A stretch of 64,000 nt of DNA from Octopus bimaculoides (GCF_001194135.2 NC_068987.1:10063566-10127565), one strand, 5' to 3'; numbered from the stretch's first letter, positions 1 through 12,335 are shown. The notes: generated from the letters alone by a model not told the origin. Translations and numbers: made by a program.

Positions 1-445
1 CGAGTTCGCCTTGCTTCGGATGGTCCGTTTAAGTACTAATTAGTTCTTCCATTCTTCTCATCTCTCTTTTGATTTCTCTCATTTGTACTGCTTCGTCTTC
101 CGTTTCATCTTGTCGCCTTCGTTCTTAGATATTCTCTCCTCACTGTTGCTTTCTCTTGTTTCATCTTCGCGTTTTTGTGCTACTCTCTCTTTCTTTGGAT
201 ATCTCTCCTTTGTGCAATTAGATGCTCCTTTTGGATATCTCTCCCTTGTGCAATTAGGTGCTCTTTTTCATATTGACGTCTTCGAGCCCGTCTTCTGGCG
301 CCTTGTGCTCGTCTCTCTTGTCTCACTTCTTGTGATTGATTTAATAACCTTAATGAATTATTTAATCTTCTTGCGTCCAGTTCTTCCTGAGTGAGACTGG
401 CTGTTCTTCGCCTTTGTCTCTCTCTCTCCGGCTAACCATCGCCTT
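1..445 (-). mobile_element. Decayed Arg/Glu/Gln-rich repeat coding remnant, possibly the N-terminal region of a Helitron protein
   Basis: Minus-strand translation gives RTASLTQEELDARRLNNSLRLLNQSQEVRQERRAQGARRRARRRQYEKEHLIAQ, then after a frameshift and stops VAQKREDETREKQ..RRRQDETEDEAVQMRE. Internal 36-bp direct repeat at about 194-263. A perfect hairpin lies next to it at 471-499. Confidence 0.35.
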
Positions 446-470
446 CTGTCTAATTCATTCTACATGGCAG

Positions 471-499
471 GTGGATGAGTATAAAATATACTCATCCAC
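471..499. repeat. Perfect 13-bp inverted repeat (hairpin, 3-nt loop)
   Basis: gtggatgagtata-aaa-tatactcatccac. Confidence 0.9.
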
Positions 500-1783
500 A
501 ACGAAACACAGACTTGAAAATAAATGAGTATATTTGTGTGTGTGTGTGTGTGTGTGTAGTTTGTTNNNNNNNNNNNNNNNNNNNNNNNNNNNNNNNNNNN
601 NNNNNNNNNNNNNNNNNNNNNNNNNNNNNNNNNNNNNNNNNNNNNNNNNNNNNNNNNNNNNNNNNNNNNNNNNNNNNNNNNNNNNNNNNNNNNNNNNNNN
701 NNNNNNNNNNNNNNNNNNNNNNNNNNNNNNNNNNNNNNNNNNNNNNNNNNNNNNNNNNNNNNNNNNNNNNNNNNNNNNNNNNNNNNNNNNNNNNNNNNNN
801 NNNNNNNNNNNNNNNNNNNNNNNNNNNNNNNNNNNNNNNNNNNNNNNNNNNNNNNNNNNNNNNNNNNNNNNNNNNNNNNNNNNNNNNNNNNNNNNNNNNN
901 NNNNNNNNNNNNNNNNNNNNNNNNNNNNNNNNNNNNNNNNNNNNNNNNNNNNNNNNNNNNNNNNNNNNNNNNNNNNNNNNNNNNNNNNNNNNNNNNNNNN
1001 NNNNNNNNNNNNNNNNNNNNNNNNNNNNNNNNNNNNNNNNNNNNNNNNNNNNNNNNNNNNNNNNNNNNNNNNNNNNNNNNNNNNNNNNNNNNNNNNNNNN
1101 NNNNNNNNNNNNNNNNNNNNNNNNNNNNNNNNNNNNNNNNNNNNNNNNNNNNNNNNNNNNNNNNNNNNNNNNNNNNNNNNNNNNNNNNNNNNNNNNNNNN
1201 NNNNNNNNNNNNNNNNNNNNNNNNNNNNNNNNNNNNNNNNNNNNNNNNNNNNNNNNNNNNNNNNNNNNNNNNNNNNNNNNNNNNNNNNNNNNNNNNNNNN
1301 NNNNNNNNNNNNNNNNNNNNNNNNNNNNNNNNNNNNNNNNNNNNNNNNNNNNNNNNNNNNNNNNNNNNNNNNNNNNNNNNNNNNNNNNNNNNNNNNNNNN
1401 NNNNNNNNNNNNNNNNNNNNNNNNNNNNNNNNNNNNNNNNNNNNNNNNNNNNNNNNNNNNNNNNNNNNNNNNNNNNNNNNNNNNNNNNNNNNNNNNNNNN
1501 NNNNNNNNNNNNNNNNNNNNNNNNNNNNNNNNNNNNNNNNNNNNNNNNNNNNNNNNNNNNNNNAGAGAGTAAGAGAAAGAGAGTGAGGCAGCGTTCATCA
1601 ATAAAGTGAAATGGTTTTTCTTGAGACAGAAAGCGAGAGGCGCTGTTTGATACCACTCCCTCTCTCATTGTTATTGTCGTGTTGTCTCTTCTCTTTTTTT
1701 ACTCTTCCTTATTCTGCTACTCCCTTATTGCATGATTTTGGACAAACTTACAAACAAGCTCATTATTATAATAGATTACCCAA

Positions 1784-1985
1784 GGAGTTCAGTTGGAAGA
1801 ATCGTTAGCACGCCGGATGAAATGCTTAGCAATATTTCGTCTGCCGCTACGTTCTGGGTTCAAATTCCACCGAGGTAGACTTTCGGGATCGATAAATTAA
1901 GTACCAATTGAACACTGGGGTAGATGTAATCGAATAATACCCACGTCCCCCAGATTGCCCGTGTGGCTAAAATTTGAAATAATTA
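1784..1985 (+). mobile_element. SINE family B copy
   Basis: Matches the in-window consensus ggcgagctggcagaa.cgttagcacgccg...gttctgagttcaaattcc.ccgaggtcgacttt; the B-box-like motif is GTTCAAATTCC. Confidence 0.8.
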
Positions 1986-2102
1986 TATTATCCAAGGCTG
2001 ATTAGAGATTGAGAGGACGATTAAATCATATGATTGATTATGAAGCACATTAATCTTTCCTGCGATAGACACAAGGGTTTGAATATTCTGGAGAGGAGGG
2101 TT

Positions 2103-2242
2103 CGTCGATTGTACCGTCACCAGTACTCAAGTGGTACTTATTTTATCGAAAGCCAAAAGCGACTTCGGCAGAATTTGAACTCAGAACGTAAAGACGCTAA
2201 GTATTTTGTCCAGTACAGTAAAAATTCTGCCAGCTCGCCACA
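2103..2242 (-). mobile_element. SINE family B copy
   Basis: Reverse complement of the family B consensus (agtggtacttattttatcga...gaatttgaactcagaacgtaa). Confidence 0.75.
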
Positions 2243-2892
2243 TTTTGTGAAACACATTAATAAAGTGTGTGCAATACAAAAGCGAAGGAAGCCAAAATAG
2301 TTTTTTAAAAAAATCAATAAGTTATTGTCGTAAAATATATTCACCGCTGGATTCAGCCGCTGTAGTGATAATTTTTAAATTTGCAAAGAACAAAAAGTAC
2401 ATTTGAGTGGCCAGCATGTAGCAGCCATAACTGTTATGAAATTTATGTCTATGAAAACTTAAAATTTATTGACTTCCCAACAATGATATCTGATACATAA
2501 ACATTTGGAGAAAGAGTCTTGTTGCCTAATGGAATAATGGAGTTGAAAATGAAGAGGTTGACGAAGAAGATCATTTGCCTTCTTGAAAAAGATGTAGAAT
2601 TGTGTCGGAGTCCTCACCTTCTTGTCTTCATATATTTCTTGATAACAGCGTATTCATTGCTTAATATTTCTTTCGACCATGGCGAATTCTTCGACCTTCG
2701 ACTTTAATATTTTCAAATGGGCAACACCATTAATACAATGCTAAAACATCATATCTACCAACTTCTTTGCAGTGAGAGAATTCCTTGACTCTTCTTTCCC
2801 TATTTGTCTTTATTCTTCCCCTATAAACCTTTTTCTTTCTTACTGAAAGAGATCCTCTTAGGACAGTTCTTTAAGATTCCAGACCAAATACC

Positions 2893-3122
2893 TATTTCTT
2901 TACTGCCCACAAGGGGCTACACACAGAGGGGCAATCAAGGACAGACAAACGGATTAAGTCGATTATATCGACTCCAGTGCGTAACTGGTACTTAATTTAT
3001 CGACCCCGAAAGGATGAAAGGCAAAGTCGACCTCGGCGGAATTTGAACTCAGAACGCAGTGGCAGACGAAATACCGCTAAGCATTTCGCCCGACGTGCTA
3101 CCGTTTCTGCCAGCTCGCTGCC
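2893..3122 (-). mobile_element. SINE family B copy with the alternative 3' tail (type ii)
   Basis: Family B body plus tail ttaatccgtttgtctgtccttg...agccccttgtgggcagtaaagaaatagg on the minus strand. Confidence 0.85.
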
Positions 3123-3382
3123 TCCATGTATTTGTATTACTATCATCATGCCTGAACAGGAAGACGATCTGAGTGCTCAGCAATGACATCATAGGCACCA
3201 TACTCTTATCCTGAGTCGCCACCTATCTGTCGAAACTGAAAATGCATTTGACACCTTCCGTAGATTCAGTAAAGTACCAGTAATATGCTTAGGGAGAATC
3301 GGTTTACTGTATCTATTTCATACCTTTTGGTATCTTTAAACCGCAAGGAAGCAATTATTACTTAAAACAATTCCATGTGTCA

Positions 3383-3414
<32 letters not shown>

Positions 3415-4221
3415 CGTGCGTGCGTGTGTAACGCTTTCTAACGATTTTTTTTTCTTGCTTCTTTCGCTTTTGATGCTTTATCTCATTATATTTATTTAAA
3501 ACTTAATAACGAGGTCAGTTTTTAACATAGTTCATCTTCATTTAGCANNNNNNNNNNTCTCACGCTTTCTCATGTCTACACACATATCCATCCATATATA
3601 TATACAAGCACAGTCTCTTTATTTTCCATGTGTTTCTCTTGTCTTCTCCCACCACTACTACAAACACGCGTTTTTACATTTACAAGTTTCAAATGTTGTG
3701 TTTGTTTTTTGTTTTTTAATGTATTTCTTATACAATGAATTTCTTCCTAATCTGTCATCGGCTGACATTTCATTTACTTGTATTTTCTCAATCAATTATC
3801 ATAACACTGCATGCAAGTACATGGTTGTATGTGCTTGAACGTGTGTGTGTGTTTGTGTGCCTGAAACTGCCTCTCTCTCTCTCCATCTCTCTCTCTGTAT
3901 GCAACATCAGCTCCCACTCGTTCATGTTTTTAGCCAAAACAGTTGCATAAATAAACAGTTTCCTCGCATCGTTTCCTTTTCTTGCCACCGTTGAATGATT
4001 CTTCCTTATCACTTTAAATTCTTTCTTGTAGCTTTAATATATATTTTGATATAAGTTACGAGTTTCATTTTCAAATAATTAAACATTTAAAAAATCGGAT
4101 TTCACTTATCTATCTTTCAATTAAAGCTTCGAATTTTCTCATTTGAAGCATCGTCAAAGCTGTATAACAAGCAATCAATGAATCTACATGAAAATAGACA
4201 CACCGATTATTAAGAAAATCA

Positions 4222-4261
<40 letters not shown>

Positions 4262-4299
4262 GTAATAACAACAGCAACAACAAACATTACAATAATAAT

Positions 4300-4520
4300 C
4301 TTTCCTACCAATGGCACAAGCCCTGGAATTTTAGGGTGAGGCAGCTAGTCGGTTACATCGACCCAGTGCTCAACTGGTACTTATTTCATTGACCCCCTAG
4401 AGGATGAAAGACAAAGTTGACCTCGGCGGAATTCAAACTCAAAACGTAAAAAAAAAAAACGGAAAAACGCAGCTAGGCATATTGTCCGGTTTGATAAAGA
4501 TTCTGCCAGCTCACTGCCTT
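4300..4520 (-). mobile_element. SINE family B copy
   Basis: Reverse complement of the consensus, directly after an (AAT)n/(AAC)n tract at 4221-4290. Confidence 0.8.
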
Positions 4521-4632
4521 ATACTAATAATGATAACCTTTTATACTATAGGCACGAGGCCAGGAATTTCACTCTTACTTCCTGTTTGTGTTGTTCCTGT
4601 AATTCAAAGGGCCGTCAGCCTTGTCACACTGT

Positions 4633-4677
<45 letters not shown>

Positions 4678-5639
4678 AAATATCAAGGCCCCCCTGCTAT
4701 GGGTTGATTAGTTAGCATATCACGGGTCACTTACCTATATGCACGTGAAAACTGGATCCAGTAGACTCTGCAGAAGAAACCTTCAGGGTTCAACGGAGTG
4801 GAATGCGGCTGCGGCAACGCATTGTGGGGTTCAGAGAACAAGATAAAGCAAATAAAACAACTGGGCCATCCTCTGCATCTGTCTCCGTCCTTAGTCGTCT
4901 TGGTCTGGTCTTGTCACTGGATTGAAGACGATCCCAAGATAGAGTGAGTTAGGCTGGCAGTGCGCATCTCTTCGCTTTATAAGCAGTCACGGTACAAGTC
5001 AGTCATTGTATTTCTAAAGAAATGATTAGATGGCACTTACCGCTCCGACGGACTCGTATTCAACTGAGATTTTATCACTCTCGCAGATATCGTAAAGGTA
5101 ATGAACACGTCGGCATTTGAAATTGGGTCCCCGGGTAATTGAAATTATTTCAAGTCCAGGCAGAACACCACAGAAGTGAAGGGAAGACTAATGAAGGGAA
5201 GACTAATGAAGGGAAGACTGGTGGGCTGTGTTATCGAAATTTTCAATAAAAAAACATTAAGTCGCGTGAAAAGTAATAACTTTATTTCAAGTTTCATATC
5301 TTTCTAAAATAGTAGACTGCCTTACTGTTCCGAGTTTGAATTTATCTGGTGTTGATTTCTGTCCTAATTGTTTCTCCGTTGTCACCAATATCAGTTTCAT
5401 TTAGTAGACCATATTTCCAAAAATATATCTTCCTTTTAATATATTGTTGCAGTAAGGTAATATCTGGTAACTGTGCCTTGTGTGGTTTCTGGTTGGAACC
5501 TCCAGGTTTTCTGTACTGAAAGAGCCTGGTTAAGAGCCTATACGGTTACGTAACACAGCCCGCACACCTTGCAACTATGTTATAAAACCAACCAGCATGT
5601 TGCAGAGGGTGCTTGAAGACTCAAAGGTTCATAAAACCG

Positions 5640-7400
5640 ACCTGTCTATACCTACACCTATGCCTACACCTGTCTCTATACCTACACCTATGCCTACCGC
5701 TATATTTGCCTCTATATGCCTAACACTATTACCTCCCCCTATATGCCTACCACTATGTTTGTCTCTACATGCCTACCGCTATGTTTGTCTCTACATGCCT
5801 ACCACTATGTTTGTCTCTATCTGCCTAACACTATGTTTGTCTCTATCTGCCTAACACTATGTTTGTCTCTACATGCCTACCTCTATGTTTGTCTCTATCT
5901 GCCTACCACTATGTTTGTTTCTACATGCCTACCACTATGTTTGTCTCTATCTGCCTAACACTATTACCTCTATATGCCTACCACTATGTTTGTCTCTACA
6001 TGCCTACCACTATGTTTGTCTCTATCTGCCTACCACTATGTTTGTCTCTATCTGCCTACCACTATGTTTGTCTCTATCTGCCTACCACTATGTTTGTCTC
6101 TACATGCCTACCACTATGTTTGTCTCTACATGCCTACCACTATGTTTGTCTCTACATGCCTACCACTATGTTTGTCTCTACATGCCTACNNNNNNNNNNN
6201 NNNNNNNNNNNNNNNNNNNNNNNNNNNNNNNNNNNNNNNNNNNNNNNNNNNNNNNNNNNNNNNNNNNNNNNNNNNNNNNNNNNNNNNNNNNNNNNNNNNN
6301 NNNNNNNNNNNNNNNNNNNNNNNNNNNNNNNNNNNNNNNNNNNNNNNNNNNNNNNNNNNNNNNNNNNNNNNNNNNNNNNNNNNNNNNNNNNNNNNNNNNN
6401 NNNNNNNNNNNNNNNNNNNNNNNNNNNNNNNNNNNNNNNNNNNNNNNNNNNNNNNNNNNNNNNNNNNNNNNNNNNNNNNNNNNNNNNNNNNNNNNNNNNN
6501 NNNNNNNNNNNNNNNNNNNNNNNNNNNNNNNNNNNNNNNNNNNNNNNNNNNNNNNNNNNNNNNNNNNNNNNNNNNNNNNNNNNNNNNNNNNNNNNNNNNN
6601 NNNNNNNNNNNNNNNNNNNNNNNNNNNNNNNNNNNNNNNNNNNNNNNNNNNNNNNNNNNNNNNNNNNNNNNNNNNNNNNNNNNNNNNNNNNNNNNNNNNN
6701 NNNNNNNNNNNNNNNNNNNNNNNNNNNNNNNNNNNNNNNNNNNNNNNNNNNNNNNNNNNNNNNNNNNNNNNNNNNNNNNNNNNNNNNNNNNNNNNNNNNN
6801 NNNNNNNNNNNNNNNNNNNNNNNNNNNNNNNNNNNNNNNNNNNNNNNNNNNNNNNNNNNNNNNNNNNNNNNNNNNNNNNNNNNNNNNNNNNNNNNNNNNN
6901 NNNNNNNNNNNNNNNNNNNNNNNNNNNNNNNNNNNNNNNNNNNNNNNNNNNNNNNNNNNNNNNNNNNNNNNNNNACATGCCTACCACTATAGTATGTCTC
7001 TACATGCCTACCACTATAGTATGTCTCTACATGCCTACCACTATAGTATGTCTCTACATGCCTACCACTATAGTATGTCTCTACATGCCTACCACTATAG
7101 TATGTCTCTATATGCCTACCACTATAGTATGTCTCTATATGCCTACCACTATAGTATGTCTCTATATGCCTACCACTATAGTATGTCTCTATATGCCTAC
7201 CACTATTGTTTGTCTCTATATGCCTACCACTATTCCTCTGTGCCTACCTCTATGTTTGTCTCTATATGCCTACCACTATGTTTGTCTCTATATGCCTACC
7301 ACTATTACCTCCCCCTATATGCCTACCACTATTACCTCTATGTGCCTACCTCTATGTTTTGTCTCTATATGCCTACCACTATGTTTGTCTCGAAACCTCT
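5640..7400. repeat. Minisatellite with a 26-bp unit left of the gap and a 27-bp unit right of it
   Basis: Units are atgcctaccactatgtttgtctctac (26 nt) and catgcctaccactatagtatgtctcta (27 nt). The array spans an N gap (6190-6974) and fades into (TCTA)-like sequence at both ends. Confidence 0.95.
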
Positions 7401-8257
7401 ATATGTCTATGTATGTCTATCTCTATACACCTCTACACCTCCCTATCTACCTCTACACCTATCTACCTCCCTAATCTCTATACCTATCTGTCTGTGTATA
7501 TCTATACCTATACCTATATCTGTCTCTTTTTGTCTGTCTATATCTATACCTATATCTATCTGTCTATCTTACCTGTGGCTAGTCAGCAAAATAGCCAACT
7601 AATACCGGTTGGTGAACTATCGCAGGTCTGAAAGAATTGAAAACAATGCTGAGTTTTTATAGGCAAAAATCGGAAGTGACATCACAATTTGGAATATTCC
7701 AAACAAAATAAAACATCAGATTTAAAACTTTTTCGTTCATTTTAATTTACGATGAATGAAAAATGCATCGTGGTGACGTCATAATAAAACACAAGCTTTT
7801 CTTTAAGATACGGAAGTTTTCGGCTCCTAAATATAATGCTGTAAGGCAAATTTCGTATTGCAAAACGTATTTCCTATTTTACTTCTGTATAACATGGAAA
7901 TGAACGACCATTATGAAAGTCGCGCCCCAAATGATGTAAGACATTTAACTGCTTGGTTGGGGGTCAAAATAGCTTAAGGGCACTTTCGGAAGAAGTTGTA
8001 TTAAAAAGCAGAAGCGGTAAAGGGCTGGGGTCTCAGAGTACTACCTAAATCGAGCTCCTTTATTTGTCTGCGGTGAGGTTTGTTGCTATTTGTTTTGTTT
8101 CTTTTCATGTTTAATCCTTTTACTTGTTTCCGTCAAAATGGAAATAGAGTAATTCCATTTAGAAGTCTTTTACGTCTAACCATTCAAACGCATCTAATTT
8201 CACATCCTTGAAAATCTGCTACATCAGTATATTTTCATAAGTGAAGTATTTTCTCTA

Positions 8258-8755
8258 GGTGGCTGTGTGGTAAGTAGCTTGCCTACCAACCACATGGTTC
8301 CGGGTTCATTCCCACTGCGTGGCACCTTGGGCAAGTGTCTTCTACTATAGCCTCGGACCGACCAAAACCTTGTGAGTGGATTTGGTAGACGGAACCTGAA
8401 AGAAGCCCGTCGTATGTATATATATATATATATATATATNNNNNNNNNNNNNNNNNNNNNNNNNNNNNNNNNNNNNNNNNNNNNNNNNNNNNNNNNNNNN
8501 NNNNNNNNNNNNNNNTATATGTGTGTGTGTGTGTGTGTTTGTGTGTCTGTGTTTGTCCCCCCAGCATCACTTGACAACCGATGGTGGTGTGTTTACGTCC
8601 CCGTAACTTAGCGGTTCGGCAAAAGTGTAAATAGAATAAGTACTAGGCTTACAAAGAATAAATCCTGGGGTCGATTTGCTCGACTAAAAGGCGGTGCTCC
8701 AGCATGGCCGCAGTCAAATGACGGAAACAAGTATAAGAGAAAAGAGAAAGAGAAA
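8258..8755 (+). mobile_element. SINE family A, near full length
   Basis: tRNA-like head (ggctgtgtggtaag...ggttccgggttcattccc), central ggcaccttgggcaagtgtctt block, internal (TA)n(TG)n and a (aaagag)n tail. Confidence 0.9.
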
Positions 8756-8799
8756 ACTCTATAATACACAAATCTACAAGACAACTACTCGGTCATGGC

Positions 8800-9475
8800 C
8801 CTAAGAATTCTTATGAACTACTTTGCGTGTTGTTTAAGACTTTTACAGTTGGTTTCTTCGAGATATTTGTTCGCCTTTGGGAGGTGCTTGAAACTTTTGT
8901 ATTCTAAATCACGTTGAAATGCCACGTCGTTTACTCTCGAAACTCGATCAAACTAAACATCACGTCAATATATTTTCTCAAAACATTGAAGTTTAAAATA
9001 ATTCTCATTGAGATACAATGAAAAGTCCGTGTAAAATGTAAAAATATAGAGATAAGTAAATTCATTCTACTGAGAAATATCATACTCCAGATTTTTCGAA
9101 TCTAAAAGTAGACTAATTTCACATAAACAATCAGCGAGCCGTTCAACCGCCGTGTATTGTTGTACGTAATGAAACTAATGTAAAATATCTAATTTCATTT
9201 TAAAGTAAATTAAATTCCCGTGTATGCCAACATCATTGAAATCTTTAAAATCTAATTGGGGAAAATATTTCCTGTTGTATAATACAATTGAATCAAGAGT
9301 GACTAATAGTTTTGTAATTTTCTTTGTAATAGTTTTGTAATTTGTGCCGACCAAATTATGGGTGCCATCAGTTAGAATCGTTGATATTCTTGACAAATTT
9401 ATTTGTCTTTCACGTAATATTCTAACAACGAAGTTCATTATATCCTTTCTTGATGCGATAAACTCTTCAACTAAA
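8800..9475 (-). mobile_element. Decayed hAT transposase fragment (SPIN / GTF2IRD2-like)
   Basis: Translation contains EEFIASRKDIMNFVVRILRERQINLSRISTILTDGTHNLVG (compare hAT TRGEDI...KIVSITTDGAPSMVG). After frameshifts it reads FYTDFSLYLNE..KLQCFEK..VMF...FESK...FQRDL..KSFKHLP (compare FTD...HLNELN.KLQG...F..KL..F...YFP). Comparison was from memory of the family. Confidence 0.65.
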
Positions 9476-9480
9476 CCATA

Positions 9481-10067
9481 GGTACAGACATAGTTATATG
9501 GTTAACAAGCTCACTTTTCAACCACGCGGTTTCGAGTTTAGTCCCACCGCGTGACACCTAGAGGTATTGTGTAAAAAATATAGTGTCTTCTACTATAGTC
9601 CCGGGCTGACCAATGCCTTGTGAGTGAATTTCGTAGACGGAAATCGTATGGAGGACCCATCGATTTTGCTATATAAGACGTGCCAACACAGAACAATACC
9701 AGCTTCTGTTGACCTTGTTTCATTTTATTATGAAAGTCATCAATAAAAAATGTACATGTGTAGGCGCAGGAGTGGCTATGTGGTAGGTAGCTTGCTTACC
9801 AACCACATGGTTTCAGGTTCAGTCCCACTGCGTGGCACCTTGGGCCAGTGTCTTCTACTATAGTCCCGGGCTGACCAATGCCTTGTGAGTGAATTTCGTA
9901 GACGGAAATCGTATGGAGGACCCATCGATTTTGCTATATAAGACGTGCCAACACAGAACAATACCAGCTTCTGTTGACCTTGTTTCATTTTATTATGAAA
10001 GTCATCAATAAAAAATGTACATGTGTAGGCGCAGGAGTGGCTATGTGGTAGGTAGCTTGCTTACCAA
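9481..10067 (+). mobile_element. Tandem SINE family A heads with an exact duplication of about 220 bp (period 265)
   Basis: 9582-9801 is repeated at 9847-10067, which ends at an N gap. Confidence 0.8.
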
Positions 10068-12126
10068 NNNNNNNNNNNNNNNNNNNNNNNNNNNNNNNNN
10101 NNNNNNNNNNNNNNNNNNNNNNNNNNNNNNNNNNNNNNNNNNNNNNNNNNNNNNNNNNNNNNNNNNNNNNNNNNNNNNNNNNNNNNNNNNNAAGTTTCTT
10201 TAATGAACTCGTTAACAAATAGTGATTTTTAATGAAGTGTATCATGCTTTATACGATAAGTTAGTAAATGGAGAAGTGCTGCAAATAATTGTAATAAGTT
10301 CACTGGTTGAGTGTTTTCCAATTTAGTTTTTGCGTGTTGTGATATACAAGTATACGTCAACTAAAAACGTTTTCAGTTACAACTTTTTAACCTTGTTTGT
10401 ATTTTTAAGAAGTAAAAACGTCAGCTTCCGTCGATTTATGCTATTGTCGGTCTCAGAGAACACATTTAAGGCGTAAAAATTTTTAAATTCCCTGATAGCC
10501 AATACTGATGTGGAAAAATCAAATAAAATACACGTGAAAGTGTATACATACAACTTATTAAAACATGGTCTAATGCATCTATTTTTAATGATTTTTCGTG
10601 TTACGTCGTTTTTTTTTTTTTAGTTAAGTTACATGTCTGGAACCAGTTACGGGTGTAAGGTGAGGTATGCCGGTATATTCTTTGTGGGTTTTCAAAAGGT
10701 TTTTTAAAAGTGATTGGTGTTTAGTGCCAAAAAATCACGTTCAACTCTCATGTAGCTCTTCTAACATTACACGAAGAATTGCATCACAGTTACTCAATTA
10801 TCAACAACGCCATATTGTTTAGTCCACCAGCCTCGGAATATTGTCTGCTTCTATTTTGTGTTAATTTAGTGTGATTTTTAAAAAAATATTTATGAATAAT
10901 TGATGACTTTACGACTGTGTTCAGAAGATTAGTACGAAAGAATTAAAGACAAAAAGTCATAAACCATACATTAGCTATATTATGTTTTAACCTGCACGAT
11001 CGGCTAATAAAGGTTTGCTCACTGGCTAATTTCTACGCGACACTTTATTAATGACTTGTAACACAATCTGCTCCATTATGGGTTATCATTGATAAATACA
11101 ACATTTTTGGATAAAAACGTTAAATCTTTAAAATGTTTTTGTCACACTTAACCAAATTTTTATAGCATGATATCTCTGAGCTCTATTCCATTGACTCCCC
11201 CACTTCTCGCATTCTGAAAAATCATTAAAAACCTTGCATTATTAAATATATATAACAATACTGAATATATGTAATATTTCGTACGTTAACATACGTTTTT
11301 CTATATTCCCCAAATATGTCGATACTACATCTTATCTGTTATTCAATGCTATCCAAATATGTTCATATTTTTCTATGTATTGTAGAAAAATATTTATGGT
11401 TAAATATTACTAATGTTTGTTTTTCCGACAGTTCAAAAACCAAAATAAAACAAGTCATCACACACACATTTCAAATAAATAATTTCAGATAAATCTCACC
11501 ATATATTTTACTGTGTATGAACTCGTGTATATGATGTTATACATCAAAGAATCTTGTTTAAGTTTATAAACATTTATATTCTTGTAAAGTCTATGATTTC
11601 TACATTTCTCTGTCGATATATTTTCTCTATGGTTATTCCTAAATAATTGTTTTATCCTTCTTTAACTACATTTATTTGATATCCTTGTCTGTATATATGT
11701 GAGAGTGTTTGAGCTTGTATATGTGTCAAATATATGAACGATAAAATCTGAACGCTTTATTCAGTATTTGCCTCTGCCGAAGAGTTTTGTCCACAACCAT
11801 AAAGAATGAGGATTTATATATAAAAATAATGGAGATAAGTTAAGTCGTTTCATTTTGAAACCAATTGCTTGAAATAACCTGCATTCTAATACGAATATCC
11901 ATGAAAGATGTAGCATGATTTGTTTGAAATGATACTCAGGCAAACATTCAATGTGTAAGTATGTACGTATTTGCATCTGTACATATTTACACACACACAT
12001 AATACATTTGTATGAACATATACACAAATACGTGTATGTTTATATATTACACACTCACACACACACATGATACATTTGTATGAACATATTACACAAATGT
12101 GTATGTTTATATATTACACACACGCG

Positions 12127-12335
12127 TTTCTGTTGTGCCTGTATTTCAAAGGGCCAGACTTGACACACTGTGTCACGCTGAATATACGCGAGAACTACGT
12201 TAAGGGGTACACGTGTCTGTGGAGTGCTCAGCCACTTGCACGTTAATTTCACGAGCAGGCTGTTCCGTTGATCGGATCAACTGGAACCCTCGACGTCGTA
12301 AGCGACGGAGTGCCAACATCAACAACAACAACAAC
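12127..12335 (+). mobile_element. SINE family C, 5'-truncated, (CAA)n tail
   Basis: Nearly identical to 60597-60795 (gaactacgttaagggtacacgtgtctgtggagtgctcagccacttgcacg...cgtaagcgacggagtgccaaca). Confidence 0.9.

Noticed and set aside
460-1668. Long ORFs made mostly of X (also at 5859-7602, 17044-17947, 18411-19008, 26685-27908, 40222-41081, 46521-47180, 58821-59894, 61029-61581, 62170-62679)
   Set aside because: They read through N gaps, which contain no stop codons; not evidence of coding.
2977-3186. Recurrent NWYLIYRPRKDERQSRPRRNLNSE ORFs (also 26035, 42055, 51670, 55759)
   Set aside because: Antisense translation of SINE family B.
5640-7400. Regular 26-27-bp repeats superficially like a CRISPR array or repeat protein
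   Set aside because: Units are contiguous with no unique spacers, no cas genes are present, the context is eukaryotic, and the 26-bp unit shifts frame.
9582-10067. Identical duplication of about 220 bp as a biological event
   Set aside because: It ends at an N gap and appears fully identical; it cannot be told apart from misassembly without raw reads.
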